DNA of 64,000 bases from an uncultured Gammaproteobacteria bacterium (GCA_964641245.1 CAZXML010000003.1:17395-81394); one strand, 5' to 3'; numbered from the stretch's first letter, positions 1 through 9,697 are shown. The notes: generated by a model from the letters alone, not told the origin. Program-made: numbers and translations.

Positions 1-653
1 TCGGCCAAAGGAATAAGACTGCCCAAGGCACCACGCTCGCCGGCCAAAAAACCGCTGTTGCCGGACAGATTTTTATCCCAAAAACCCTCTATGCCATAAC
101 GGCCGGATAAATCACCGTTTATATTTTGCCCGGTAAAGCCCAAAATATTTGAGGCCAGATTTCCCTCCGGATAATAACGAAACTCCTGTCCGGTTGTATT
201 TATCCCAGCAAGATTTGCCGATTCAATTTCATTTTTAATTTCTTCGGAAACTTTTTTCGCTATCGGTTCATAAGGGTCGCCGTTCTTGGATAATTTGGCC
301 AGCAAATTAGTTTTTTCTTCCGGAGTGAAATTTAAAATACCTGCTAAAAAATCGGTGGTGGTATTTATTTTGTCGGCGGGGATGTCTCGAGGCACAGCAT
401 ACAACAAATAATATTGCCGGTTTACGGCCGCCGGATATTCTTTGGTTTTATCGCGGGTGTCCTGAAAAAAAACGCTGCCCCGGCGCGGATAAAGTTGTTT
501 GTATATTTCGTGATTATTTAACGCCAACGCCGAATAATATTTCCGGTCCACACCCTGCAAAACAAAAAGTCTGGCAATGATGATGAATGCCGCCAGCAAT
601 GTTAACACAGAAATAACACGGAGTGAATTGTCTGTTTCTTTTTTATCACGCAT
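1..653 (-). CDS. Class B penicillin-binding protein (PBP2/FtsI family), N-terminal part; runs off the window
   Basis: Manual translation from ATG at 653: MRDKKETDNSLRV, a TM helix, RLFVLQ...YPRRG...RYYPEGNLASNILGF...GRYGIEGFWD, typical of the PBP dimerisation domain. Confidence 0.85.
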   Translation of the reverse strand, partial: MRDKKETDNSLRVISVLTLLAAFIIIARLFVLQGVDRKYYSALALNNHEIYKQLYPRRGSVFFQDTRDKTKEYPAAVNRQYYLLYAVPRDIPADKINTTTDFLAGILNFTPEEKTNLLAKLSKNGDPYEPIAKKVSEEIKNEIESANLAGINTTGQEFRYYPEGNLASNILGFTGQNINGDLSGRYGIEGFWDKNLSGNSGFLAGERGALGSLIPLA

Positions 654-659
654 TGTGTC

Positions 660-1718
660 CTAACTTAAATTTTTTAAAAATTTTTCTATTCCTATTTGAG
701 GAGATACACTGCCACAGATTATTCTATAGATAGTGTCGGCAAGCGGAGTTTTTAGTTTATATTTTTTGGATAATTTAATTAAAACTCTTGCGGCCGCAAC
801 TCCCTCTACCACCTGGCCGACTTTGGCCATAGCCTCTTCAAAACTTAGTCCGCCGGCCAAAAATTCTCCCAGCCTTCTGTTTCGGCTGGCGGAAGCTAGA
901 CCGGTGCCAATTAAATCTCCTAATCCGGCCAACCCGTAAACCGTTTCCGGACGGCCGCCCATTTTTTTAACCAGCAAACTAATCTCCTGAAGCGCTGATA
1001 CAAATAAAACCGCTTTGGTATTTGTCGGTATTTTTAAACCGTCGCACATGCCCATAGCAATGGCGTAAACATTTTTAAACGAACCGGCCACTTCTACCCC
1101 CACAACGTCGCCGGTAGCAATTAATTTTAAATTTTTATTTTCCATTACTTTTTTTACCAGCCGGATTGCGCGTTCGTCATTTGACGCCACATTCATAGCC
1201 GTAAAATTTCCCTTTACCATTTGTCCGGCAATGGCTGGGCCGGAAATGGCGACAATTTTATTTTTTTGTCCCGATTCCGCCTTTGCCGGCGAAATCGCGG
1301 ATCCTCGATTTTCCGCGGGTGAAAATCGGGACAGACTTTGTTTAATAATATCGGTAATTAAACAAAGAGATTTTTCATCTAAACCTTTGGAAGCATCCAC
1401 ACAAACTGCCGACTTATTTATATACATGGCCGCCTGTTTTAAAATAGGCGCAATGTGGCCGCTGGGAACAGTAATAAAAATAACATCTGCTTTTGCTACG
1501 GTTTTAGCGATGTCCTGTTCCGGAAATATATTTCCGGATAATTTTATACCCGGTAAATATTTTGTATTTTCCCCTTTTTCCTTAATCTGTTTTAACGGCT
1601 CCAAATCACCGCTGTAATTCCACAAATTTACCTTAAACCCATTTAAGGCCACCACTTGCGCAATAGCCGTACCCATATTCCCCGCTCCTAAAACAGCTAC
1701 TAGTTCTTTTTTTTGCAT
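660..1718 (-). CDS. gpsA: NAD(P)H-dependent glycerol-3-phosphate dehydrogenase with a palindrome-derived in-frame insert
   Basis: VLGAGNMGTA, SKG, SGP, KNVYAIAMG, GLAGLGDL, SRNRRLG, VEG motifs. Confidence 0.95.
   Translation of the reverse strand: MQKKELVAVLGAGNMGTAIAQVVALNGFKVNLWNYSGDLEPLKQIKEKGENTKYLPGIKLSGNIFPEQDIAKTVAKADVIFITVPSGHIAPILKQAAMYINKSAVCVDASKGLDEKSLCLITDIIKQSLSRFSPAENRGSAISPAKAESGQKNKIVAISGPAIAGQMVKGNFTAMNVASNDERAIRLVKKVMENKNLKLIATGDVVGVEVAGSFKNVYAIAMGMCDGLKIPTNTKAVLFVSALQEISLLVKKMGGRPETVYGLAGLGDLIGTGLASASRNRRLGEFLAGGLSFEEAMAKVGQVVEGVAAARVLIKLSKKYKLKTPLADTIYRIICGSVSPQIGIEKFLKNLS
1267..1333. repeat. Double-hairpin palindrome inside gpsA
   Basis: TGTCCCGATT...AATCGGGACA ends with two internal hairpins; encodes about SRFSPAENRGSAISPAKAESGQ. 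Confidence 0.75.
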
Positions 1719-1755
1719 ATTTTAAATATTATTTTTGTCATCCTGACTCGCAAAT

Positions 1756-1840
1756 TGTCATTCTGAGTGAAACGAAGAATCTCTGTCTGGTCTGTTTGAA
1801 AACTACAAGATAGAGATCCTTCATTGCATTCAGGATGACA
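1756..1840. repeat. Family A (TGTCAT...ATGACA) palindrome doublet; extra truncated arm at 1736
   Basis: TGTCATTCTGAGTGAAACGAAGAATCTCTGTC ... AGAGATCCTTCATTGCATTCAGGATGACA. Confidence 0.95.
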
Positions 1841-1880
1841 AGAGGTTAAGTTAATTGTACACTATTAAACTCCGATTTTC

Positions 1881-1918
1881 AAACAAAAAACAGTCGCTAT
1901 TCGAGACTGTTTTTGTTT
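1881..1918. terminator. Intrinsic terminator after ndk
   Basis: AAACAAAAAACAGTC / GACTGTTTTTGTTT inverted repeat. Confidence 0.7.
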
Positions 1919-1924
1919 ATTTTT

Positions 1925-2527
1925 TTACTCTAAAATTCCGTCTAAATTTACATCGTAAAGTATTTCCTCATTCAATTGGCGGTAATTTACCAGTTCTTCC
2001 GGTTTGAACCAAATTTTCATTTCTCTTTCGGCTTCTTCAGGCTTATCGGAAGCATGAATAAGATTACGAACCGCGCGTTCGTCTAAACTGGAAAGAGCGT
2101 AGGAATCTAAAGTATAATCTCCGCGAATTGTGCCGACGTCCGATGTTAACGGCTCGGTGCCGCCAACCAGTTTAGCCACAATTCCCACCGCCTGATTACC
2201 GGACAAAACCATAGCTACTACCGGCCCGGAGGTCATAAACTTCACCAATGCGCGCACGATATCTTTGCCGTATTCTACAGCCTCTTTATCTACCGACAAA
2301 CCGGCGGCCTGGCGGTCGGCCATAGTTCGTTCGCCTTTTTTGGCAAACCACGCTTCATCTTTATTATAATGAGTCCAGCACTGTTCTTCGGTAGGAACAA
2401 CCATTTTTAAAGCCACAATCTTCAAACCAACGCGTTCAACCCGTTTCAAAATTTCTCCGACTAAACCACGCTGTACGCCGTCCGGTTTTATCATGACAAA
2501 ACTTCTTTCTTTAGAAGGATGGGACAT
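1925..2527 (-). CDS. ndk: Nucleoside diphosphate kinase
   Basis: MIKPDGVQRGLVGEI, SGPVVAMV, GTIRGDY, NLIHASD. Confidence 0.97.
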   Translation of the reverse strand: MSHPSKERSFVMIKPDGVQRGLVGEILKRVERVGLKIVALKMVVPTEEQCWTHYNKDEAWFAKKGERTMADRQAAGLSVDKEAVEYGKDIVRALVKFMTSGPVVAMVLSGNQAVGIVAKLVGGTEPLTSDVGTIRGDYTLDSYALSSLDERAVRNLIHASDKPEEAEREMKIWFKPEELVNYRQLNEEILYDVNLDGILE

Positions 2528-2592
2528 ATTAGCTTTTTAGCTTGTAGCTTCTTAGGCCGATCGGCCCCATAGCTTTTTAGTTAATTTATAAT

Positions 2593-2700
2593 CGAAATGA
2601 GTGAGTTAAATAATTTATGAGAAAATAATGAGCTTGCTTGATTATTTTTGAATTAAATTATTTATGAGCGAATGAGATTATATGGACTTTAGCCCATATT
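2593..2700 (-). repeat. Family E structured element upstream of ndk
   Basis: Minus strand: CTCATTCGCTC, long hairpin, CTCACTCATTTCG; shared with 6550-6623 and 55770-55850. Confidence 0.75.
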
Positions 2701-2731
2701 GTGTTCATGATAATACAAAACACATCAAAAG

Positions 2732-3088
2732 TCAACACATCACACAAAAACGGAAGCTAACTTTACCCTCGCTTCTTTTTAGCTCCACAATCAATCCGGC
2801 GGTAATTAAGGACTTGTCTATAATTTTCCGGCTGTAACAATAGGCGCGGATTGCTTTGGCCAGTTTTCTTTTTTGAAAATATGAAATGGCGTCGTCGTGG
2901 GCGAACTCGCTGCCGGTTCTGGTTTTTACTTCTATAAAATAATAATCATCGCCTTTGGCGGCGATGACGTCTATTTCTCCCAGAGTGGTGTGATAATTGC
3001 GTTCAATAATCTTAAAACCGTGCCGTTCCAGAAACTTGCAGGCCTGCTCTTCGCCCCAATCACCCAGGTCTTTGTTTCTTCGCGACAT
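2732..3088 (-). CDS. YraN/UPF0102 family PD-(D/E)xK nuclease-like protein
   Basis: LGDWGEEQA, RNY, GEIDVIA, FIEVKTR. Confidence 0.9.
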   Translation of the reverse strand: MSRRNKDLGDWGEEQACKFLERHGFKIIERNYHTTLGEIDVIAAKGDDYYFIEVKTRTGSEFAHDDAISYFQKRKLAKAIRAYCYSRKIIDKSLITAGLIVELKRSEGKVSFRFCVMC

Positions 3089-3090
3089 AA

Positions 3091-3498
3091 CTATTTACTT
3101 GAGTGCGGTAAATATTTTTCCACGTTGGCGCGTCTGGCTTCTTCAGATTTAATTTCGGGAATTCTTTTTATTGCGTAGCGGGCCAAACGGTAGGCCCAGA
3201 ATACTACCACTGCCAACCATAACAACAACCAAAAACGCCAAGCTAAAAAAGCGACTCTTTCCTGACGAAAAAACATCCAAAGCAACCCCAAAAAGCCCAT
3301 CGTAATTCCCAAACTGCCGGCTCTTTTTAAAATTAATCTTTTTGATTTTTCGTTTTGATATTGGGATAAAATTTTAGAAACCAAACCGGCCACAATAAAA
3401 AATAAAAAACCACCGATCAGCATCCACAAAGCGGATCCGCGGGCGGTGAAAGGTTGATTAAACCAGTAATCCAGGTAAAACAAGTTTTGTATATTCAT
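3091..3498 (-). CDS. Membrane protein (3 TM), unknown function
   Basis: Hydrophobic segments, C-terminal EKYLP, operonic spacing. Confidence 0.75.
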   Translation of the reverse strand: MNIQNLFYLDYWFNQPFTARGSALWMLIGGFLFFIVAGLVSKILSQYQNEKSKRLILKRAGSLGITMGFLGLLWMFFRQERVAFLAWRFWLLLWLAVVVFWAYRLARYAIKRIPEIKSEEARRANVEKYLPHSSK

Positions 3499-3511
3499 AG
3501 TGTTCGTTAAT

Positions 3512-3589
3512 TGTCATCCTGAATGCAATGAAGGATCTCTGTCTCAATCGCCGAACGGACAGAGATTCTTCGCTTCACTCAGAATGACA
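3512..3589. repeat. Family A doublet; empty counterpart of the GIY-YIG element
   Basis: Arms match 32171-32202 (31/32 nt) and 32503-32534 (30/32 nt); 14-nt spacer. Confidence 0.95.
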
Positions 3590-3598
3590 GGCGGTGAT

Positions 3599-4147
3599 TT
3601 AAACTTTCTCAAAGATTAATGAATAATGATATTCTCCGGCGTCAACTTTATCTATAAACTTTAAATTTGCCTGCGCGGCCAAGCGCATCGCTTCATCCGG
3701 ATTCAACATGGCTTCATCAGCCGGGCCCAATGTTCCCAGTTTTTTTGCCCAATCCACTACCACCAAATAACCACCGGGTTTTAGCATGCGCGCGGCTTCC
3801 TTGATGGCGCCGGCTTTGTTCTTCAGTTGAAATAGTACATTAACATAAAAGCATGCGTCAAGGGAGTTGTCTGGAATGGGAGTTTTGCCCGGCATTTCTA
3901 TGTCGGACCAAACCGTCTGCACGTTGTCGTAACCCTCGCTCCGGGCCATGCTTTTTATGCTGTCCAAAATATTTTTTACCACATCTACGGCGTAAACAAT
4001 GCCTTTTTCACCCACTATTTTAACCGCTGGAAAAACAAAATGGCCGGTGCGTCCGCAACCCAAATCCGCCACCCTTTTTCCTTCGGATAGCGATATCTTT
4101 TCAAAAATTTTATACGGGTCAACTAGGGCGGTGCCGGAGTGAGACAT
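3599..4147 (-). CDS. Class I SAM-dependent methyltransferase
   Basis: VADLGCGRTG, VYAVD, LKPGG-LVVVDW. Confidence 0.9.
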   Translation of the reverse strand: MSHSGTALVDPYKIFEKISLSEGKRVADLGCGRTGHFVFPAVKIVGEKGIVYAVDVVKNILDSIKSMARSEGYDNVQTVWSDIEMPGKTPIPDNSLDACFYVNVLFQLKNKAGAIKEAARMLKPGGYLVVVDWAKKLGTLGPADEAMLNPDEAMRLAAQANLKFIDKVDAGEYHYSLIFEKV

Positions 4148-4227
4148 AAATGATTAAGTGATATGGAAATTAGGAAATAGAGAAATTGATTTCTAAGTTT
4201 CTTAATTTCATTAATTTCTATTATTAT

Positions 4228-4470
4228 TTATCGTACGAATATCTTCCCAACCGTGCCGACTAAAAATCCGTTTATCATGTTGGTAATGGCCAGGAATCCA
4301 AAAAAAATAAAAAGAATGCCGATTAATTTATACATTAAACGGGTACCGCCATTATAACCTAAATGTTCTTCGGCCCAAGCGTTGGTGCCAAAATTCTGAA
4401 TAAACCATTCGGTTTTAAGAACCAGAAATACACCTACGATTACCATTACAATGCCGATAAAATAGCGCAT
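4228..4470 (-). CDS. Small 2-TM membrane protein
   Basis: Two hydrophobic helices around WAEEHLG-GGTRLMYKLIG. Confidence 0.75.
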   Translation of the reverse strand: MRYFIGIVMVIVGVFLVLKTEWFIQNFGTNAWAEEHLGYNGGTRLMYKLIGILFIFFGFLAITNMINGFLVGTVGKIFVR

Positions 4471-4594
4471 AACATTAAACTTAACACTAAACTTTCTACT
4501 TAAAATTTTACCATTTTACAGAAAAAAAAGAAAGCCCCCAGGCTATATAACAGATGTCGCCTCAAGTTTAATTTAAAATGGCTAAAAGGCCAAT

Positions 4595-4612
4595 CTGCCT
4601 GCCGGCAGGCAG
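4595..4612. repeat. Short GC palindrome CTGCCTGCCGGCAGGCAG (family C)
   Basis: Perfect palindrome; related copy at 25332-25362. Confidence 0.7.
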
Positions 4613-4630
4613 GTGTTTTATTTAATTAAA

Positions 4631-4660
4631 TTGACAGGGTATAAACGGGTTTGATATATT
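4631..4660 (+). promoter_or_regulatory. Sigma70-type promoter
   Basis: TTGACA-18-TATATT with extended TG. Confidence 0.55.
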
Positions 4661-4695
4661 TAATGTGTTCACAACCCCACAAAAAGGAGCGGCAG

Positions 4696-5034
4696 ATGAG
4701 CGACGACAAGAAAACCGAAAAACCGTTGGAAAACCCGCAGATTTATGTAGAAGTTGTCCCAAGAAATAAGACTAATCCGGCGCATCAGGAGGCTGCAAAA
4801 AACCTTGAGGAAAAACTTGAGGAAAATGTAAAAAAGGCCCTTGAGGAAAATAAGGACGGTGGCAAGGACAAGCAGTTCAGAGCGGCGGAGCAGGAAACGA
4901 AAAAGGCCGGTGAGGCAACCAGCAGCGAGAAAATAAAAAAAATTAAAGTTGGTGTGGGCGGCCATGACGAAGCCGGAGACCATGAAGAACGCGATTGGTC
5001 GGTGAACCCCAAAGAAGGCAAGCCGGCGCCATAG
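4696..5034 (+). CDS. Highly charged hypothetical protein (SD-led)
   Basis: AAGGAG 6 nt before ATG 4696; K/E-rich ORF; hairpin plus T-run at about 5063-5091. Confidence 0.7.
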   Translation: MSDDKKTEKPLENPQIYVEVVPRNKTNPAHQEAAKNLEEKLEENVKKALEENKDGGKDKQFRAAEQETKKAGEATSSEKIKKIKVGVGGHDEAGDHEERDWSVNPKEGKPAP

Positions 5035-5176
5035 CTCTTTCAAGAATTTATTGTTATTTCAGTACAATCCCTCAACCGGGGTTGTTTTTTTAAAAGGCCG
5101 CCACACTCAAACCGCCACAAATCCGAACCACCGTTTCGCTCATCGTCCCCTCCGTCGTGAATGTTGTTTTTCCTTC

Positions 5177-5260
5177 TGGTGCCCGGAAGAGGATTCGAAC
5201 CTCCACACCTTACGGCATATGCACCTCAAGCATACGTGTATACCATTTCACCACCCGGGC
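5177..5260 (-). tRNA. tRNA-Leu(GAG)
   Basis: GCCCGGG acceptor stem, TATGC-TT-GAG-GT-GCATA anticodon arm, variable arm, GGTTCGAATCC, encoded CCA. Confidence 0.97.
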
Positions 5261-6024
5261 TAAAACTTCCGATCTCTGCCCACAATCATTTCCACCTTGC
5301 TATGAGCTAATTTTATTTTTACTTTTATTTCTTTGGACATCTTGCCGTCCGCCTCTACGGCAAACGGTTCCTTGCCGGAAATTATCATTTCTTCAAATGG
5401 AAAGATGCTGGGCTCCTCGTATTTATATCCCCACCAGCCACTCTTTGTCAATGGGCGGATAAAGGCTTCCAGCTTTCCGTCTTGCGGATGCACAACACTT
5501 TGTTCCTTGTCTTTTTTATCTCTTTTCCAAAAAAACGGTTGGAGATTACAAACTATCACTTCCATTTTATCTACGGCGGTTACTTTAAACCGTTCATCAT
5601 AGACAACTTCCAATTTAGCCGGCATGACCTTTAATTGAGAAACAAAATAACGATTGTTCATCCAGCCCACATCCAAAAATTCTTTGCGGCGGCGGGATAA
5701 AACCGTGCACGCTTCTATGCCTACCGGAATACCCAAAACTTCGGCAATAGTATTATTCGGACCAACCGGTAAAAAACCAAATGTGCAGTCGCAAGTGGCG
5801 CTGCGCGAAAGTATCTGCCCAAAAGTGGCGTCGTTGCCGACGATAACAATAGTTTTGGCGCCGCGTTTTATTTCGTCTTCAATAACGGCTTTGGAATCGG
5901 TGTAATTCTGCAAACGCAAAATTTTACCGGCTATGCCGTAATCGGTGAGGATGACTTCCATTGCGTGAATGGTGGAGAGAAAGTTTTTTTTGCGTAAAAA
6001 ATTGTCGTAGATATAAACATACAT
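5260..6024 (-). CDS. Diacylglycerol/lipid kinase-like (YegS/DAGK family) protein
   Basis: IVGNDATF, FLPVGPNNTIAEVLG, LDVG, DGKLE, EADG motifs. Confidence 0.75.
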   Translation of the reverse strand: MYVYIYDNFLRKKNFLSTIHAMEVILTDYGIAGKILRLQNYTDSKAVIEDEIKRGAKTIVIVGNDATFGQILSRSATCDCTFGFLPVGPNNTIAEVLGIPVGIEACTVLSRRRKEFLDVGWMNNRYFVSQLKVMPAKLEVVYDERFKVTAVDKMEVIVCNLQPFFWKRDKKDKEQSVVHPQDGKLEAFIRPLTKSGWWGYKYEEPSIFPFEEMIISGKEPFAVEADGKMSKEIKVKIKLAHSKVEMIVGRDRKF

Positions 6025-6063
6025 AATTTAAAATAACACCGAAATTACGAAATATTTCGAAAA

Positions 6064-6540
6064 CTACGAACCGAATTGCGGCGTGGCATCATCGGTCTTG
6101 CGGAAGGTTTTTGTTTTTACGGATTTCTCGCCAACCTCAATGCCCGGCATGGAAATTTTACCAAATACCAGCGCGCCTGATTCAACTTTTAAATTCTTAA
6201 CATCTATATCACCAACAACTCTGGAAGTGGAAACCAATTCCAGCGTTTCTTTTATTTTCATGTTTCCTTTTACTTCTCCGGCAATGGTGGCGCTACCCGC
6301 CCGGACGTTGGCAATAATTTTTGCGCCCATTTCTACCGTTAAGTGTTTGCTGGTGAATACGCTTCCCGAGACCGTTCCTTTTACCACAATATTTCCTTCC
6401 GAAGCAAAATCACCCTCTACGTTTACCGAAGGACCGACTACGGTTTCCACCTCATCCTGAACATGCTGGTGAGCGTGTTCATTCACTTCCGGTTCATTGC
6501 TTTCTTCTGTGGTTTTTTGAGCAGGCCTTTGGAATATCAT
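6064..6540 (-). CDS. Bactofilin (polymer-forming cytoskeletal protein)
   Basis: ETVVGPSVNVEGD...VKGTVSG...IAGEVKGN...VVGDI...VESGA beta-helix repeats. Confidence 0.92.
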   Translation of the reverse strand: MIFQRPAQKTTEESNEPEVNEHAHQHVQDEVETVVGPSVNVEGDFASEGNIVVKGTVSGSVFTSKHLTVEMGAKIIANVRAGSATIAGEVKGNMKIKETLELVSTSRVVGDIDVKNLKVESGALVFGKISMPGIEVGEKSVKTKTFRKTDDATPQFGS

Positions 6541-6549
6541 ATTCGCGAT

Positions 6550-6623
6550 AAATGAGAGAAATAAGCAAATGTTTTTGATTATTTCCGAGTGAATGAGAAT
6601 ATATGGACAAAGCCCCTATATTT
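6550..6623 (-). repeat. Family E structured element upstream of bactofilin
   Basis: Closely matches the reverse complement of 55770-55850. Confidence 0.85.
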
Positions 6624-6642
6624 ATATATATAATGAATAATA

Positions 6643-6708
6643 TGTCATCCTGAACTTGTTTCAGGATCTAATCGAGATACCAGATGCTGAACTAAATTCA
6701 GCATGACA
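6643..6708. repeat. Family A doublet
   Basis: TGTCATCCTGAACTTGTTTCAGGATCT...AGATGCTGAACTAAATTCAGCATGACA. Confidence 0.95.
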
Positions 6709-6746
6709 ATAACGTTATTATACACCTTTATTTTAAAAAAACCAAT

Positions 6747-8363
6747 TTACCTCGGTTGGACTACCTGCTTAAACGGAATCCAAAAACCAAACTCGCTTCC
6801 CTTGCCCAAACCGTCGCTAAGCGCCCAAACACGCCCGTCGTGAGCTTCAATAAATTTACGGCAAACATACAAGCCCAGCCCGGTGCCGATGACGTTCTTT
6901 GCCTTTACATTATCTCCGCGATAAAATTTCTGATAAAAATTAACTCCGTCTTTCTTTTCAAATCCGATGCCCTGATCGGTAACACGCACCGCCACGCCGC
7001 CCTCTTCTTCGGCAAACATTACTTTTATAATTCCTTTATCGCTATACTTAACGGCATTATCTATAAAATTAAATATTACATGGTGAATTTTTTCTTTATC
7101 GCAGTAAATATTTTTTATTTCTTTTGGACACGCCCACTTAATTTTCATTTTCTTCTGCTCGGCTTTGATTTTAAGATCGTTCATCGCGCTGTCTATTAAG
7201 CCGCAAATATTCACCGTATTAAATTCATATTTAGTACGATCTTGTTCTATGCGGGAAATATCCAAAAATTCGTCCACTAACTTTACCAGATGCTCATTGT
7301 TAGTATCCATGCGGGCCAGCGCTTTCACGGTCAGCGGATCCACATTGCCGTAGGCGCCGTCTTTAATAAGTTCTATATAGCCCTTTAAAATGGAAAGCGG
7401 CGTGCGTAATTGATGCGAAGCAATTGATAGAAATTCGGTTTTTTGCTTGTCCAGTTCCTGCAGGCGGATATTGGCGCTTTCTAAAGATTCCGCCAGCTTG
7501 GTAACTTCTTGGCGGCGAATGACCTCTCTTTTTACAGACTCGACAAACAGGAAGCCGACCAGCGCGATAACAGCGGCAAACAAAATGCTTTCCAAAATTT
7601 GAACCTGCGACTGGGAAAAAAAGATTTGCATGACTACAAAAAAATCAAGAACTCCAACCAAAACTTCGGTGGCTATTACTTTGGTGCCCAGCAATCCATG
7701 CTTGGTAACCGCGTAAAACAGCATGACCGGAAAAATTAAACCGGTAATATACGCAAAAGGAAATTTAGTATCTATGCCGTACGCGTAAAGATAAGCGGTC
7801 CCGCCGATAAGCATTACCTGCGCAAAAGCAATTAATACATAAATGGTCTGCACTCTAAAAATACGATCCTTTGATTTGCGGTAGCCGCGGAAAAGATTCG
7901 TGAAAAATATTCCCACGCTCAAAAAGAAATATCCTAAAAAAATATTGTGCAATATGCGGGCTTGAGAATGCGCGCCCCAGGAATAAACATTTAAGCCGTC
8001 GACAAAATAAGGCGTCCGGCTGGCAAAAAGGAAAAATATGCCTATAAGATAATTTACAAACAATAAAATTCTTTGTTTTGTCCGGGCGCTTTTGGTAAAA
8101 ACCAAACTAAAATGATGCATTAGCGACGGCATCATGATGACGCCCAAATAAACAAACCTGTCCCAGAAAATTGCCCTGGCAATATTATCACGCGTATCAA
8201 ACATCATAAACGTGCCGAACAGCCAAAAAAACATGCAGATATTAAAAGCAAACAATAATTGGTTCATGCGCGAGCGCGGATCTTTAAAAAAGATAAACAC
8301 ACCCAACATGGCCACGAATATAGCGCAGATTAAAGGGAGAACTGTGAAGATGTCTAAAAACAT
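6747..8363 (-). CDS. Multi-TM sensor histidine kinase (no adjacent response regulator)
   Basis: SHQLRTP H-box, NAVKY, DQGIG, GTGLGL; multi-TM N-terminus. Confidence 0.93.
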   Translation of the reverse strand: MFLDIFTVLPLICAIFVAMLGVFIFFKDPRSRMNQLLFAFNICMFFWLFGTFMMFDTRDNIARAIFWDRFVYLGVIMMPSLMHHFSLVFTKSARTKQRILLFVNYLIGIFFLFASRTPYFVDGLNVYSWGAHSQARILHNIFLGYFFLSVGIFFTNLFRGYRKSKDRIFRVQTIYVLIAFAQVMLIGGTAYLYAYGIDTKFPFAYITGLIFPVMLFYAVTKHGLLGTKVIATEVLVGVLDFFVVMQIFFSQSQVQILESILFAAVIALVGFLFVESVKREVIRRQEVTKLAESLESANIRLQELDKQKTEFLSIASHQLRTPLSILKGYIELIKDGAYGNVDPLTVKALARMDTNNEHLVKLVDEFLDISRIEQDRTKYEFNTVNICGLIDSAMNDLKIKAEQKKMKIKWACPKEIKNIYCDKEKIHHVIFNFIDNAVKYSDKGIIKVMFAEEEGGVAVRVTDQGIGFEKKDGVNFYQKFYRGDNVKAKNVIGTGLGLYVCRKFIEAHDGRVWALSDGLGKGSEFGFWIPFKQVVQPR

Positions 8364-8380
8364 AACATATATTATATCAC

Positions 8381-8431
8381 AAAAAAAAGAGAGGAGCGAA
8401 CGGTCGTTTTTTTGACGACCACTCGCTCCTC
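8381..8431 (-). terminator. Intrinsic terminator
   Basis: GAGGAGCGA/TCGCTCCTC plus GGTCGT/ACGACC stem followed by a T-run on the minus strand. Confidence 0.7.
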
Positions 8432-8443
8432 GTTTAGATATGT

Positions 8444-9634
8444 TTACTTCTTAGCGCAAAAATCCTTTACGCCCTGCCAGCTAAGCGCTTTGCCGAATGA
8501 TGTTGGCGGCTGGGCCACAAAACCAATTTCTCGGAACCGATCACGGGACCAGATGAGCTCTTCGGTGGGAATATTAGTCCCAACCAAGTTCCCCTTCCAG
8601 CGAAACATGGCGCGCGCGATTGTTTCTCCGGCGCATCCCCAAAGCACATGCTCACGGCCGGCGCCGCAATCCACAATGTTATTTCCGAAGGCTTCGGGAA
8701 TAACGCTAAGGCGGGAAAATTCTCCACAGCCGGCATTTAATACCAGCCGGCCTTCCCAATCGGCGTGAGGCGAACAAGCCGGCGGCGTGGCCACATCCAA
8801 CACCAAGGCGCCCTCCGGAACTTCGTGCGGTTTTAGTTTCATGTTGCCGCCGGTCGCTACAATCACAACATTGATATTATGTTCCAGACAAGCTCGGGCT
8901 TTGTTCTGATGGGTGAACACCGGATATTTGGAACCGGCGCACTCCTCTACCACCCGCCTCTGCTGCTGAAGCTTATCAAACTTGTCGGTTTTTCCCTCTT
9001 CGTCTTTTTGACCGACGAGAAGGATTAATTCCGGGTTTAAAATTGACGCCGCCCGCGAAACAACACCGCCGATAGCGCCGTAAGCGCCGATGACGGCCAA
9101 TCGCGGATGTTCTATTCCGGACAGGCGCACCGCTTCCAAAGTAAGAGCGGCCGAACCGGCATCACCATGAGTCGTACTGACTCCGGGGCTGTCGGCCAGT
9201 TCTGGCCGTCTGTTTCTAAACAGATAACCATGATCCGTGGCTACTTTTGTATAGGCTCCCCAACCAATTACCAAATCTACATTATCCGGCTTGGCATCAT
9301 GCAGAATGGCGTATTCGGCGGCAGCTTCCACCCAGCTATACGCCTCATTACTGCGGATGGCCCCCAAAAATCGATCGGCAAAAACCGGAATAACATAAAA
9401 ATCCACCCAGACAGGACGACCGCCGCTTTCGGGAGGCGGCACCGCCGGAAAGCTAAGCCAGCGGATAAAACCTGGCGGTTCATGCTTGTCCGGCCAATCC
9501 CTGCCGATTTTATGCAAAGAGTCTTCGATTTGTTTTGATGACAAAAAACCCGGTACGAGCGCATGACCAAAAAAAGCCACCCGCGCCCAATTTTTTTCGG
9601 GCCAGTCTTTTCGGCGCTTCAGATGAGAATACAT
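8444..9634 (-). CDS. Rossmann-fold oxidoreductase resembling long-chain acyl-ACP reductase-like proteins (SD-led)
   Basis: GWGAYTKV, TTHGD, VIGAYGAIG, LDVATP, WGCAGETI; AAGGAG 7 nt before ATG 9634. Confidence 0.55.
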   Translation of the reverse strand: MYSHLKRRKDWPEKNWARVAFFGHALVPGFLSSKQIEDSLHKIGRDWPDKHEPPGFIRWLSFPAVPPPESGGRPVWVDFYVIPVFADRFLGAIRSNEAYSWVEAAAEYAILHDAKPDNVDLVIGWGAYTKVATDHGYLFRNRRPELADSPGVSTTHGDAGSAALTLEAVRLSGIEHPRLAVIGAYGAIGGVVSRAASILNPELILLVGQKDEEGKTDKFDKLQQQRRVVEECAGSKYPVFTHQNKARACLEHNINVVIVATGGNMKLKPHEVPEGALVLDVATPPACSPHADWEGRLVLNAGCGEFSRLSVIPEAFGNNIVDCGAGREHVLWGCAGETIARAMFRWKGNLVGTNIPTEELIWSRDRFREIGFVAQPPTSFGKALSWQGVKDFCAKK

Positions 9635-9697
9635 TGGCAGTCTCCTTGTGCAGTTGGGGGTTTTGAATTGAAATGAACGAACCAACGCTTAAATATA

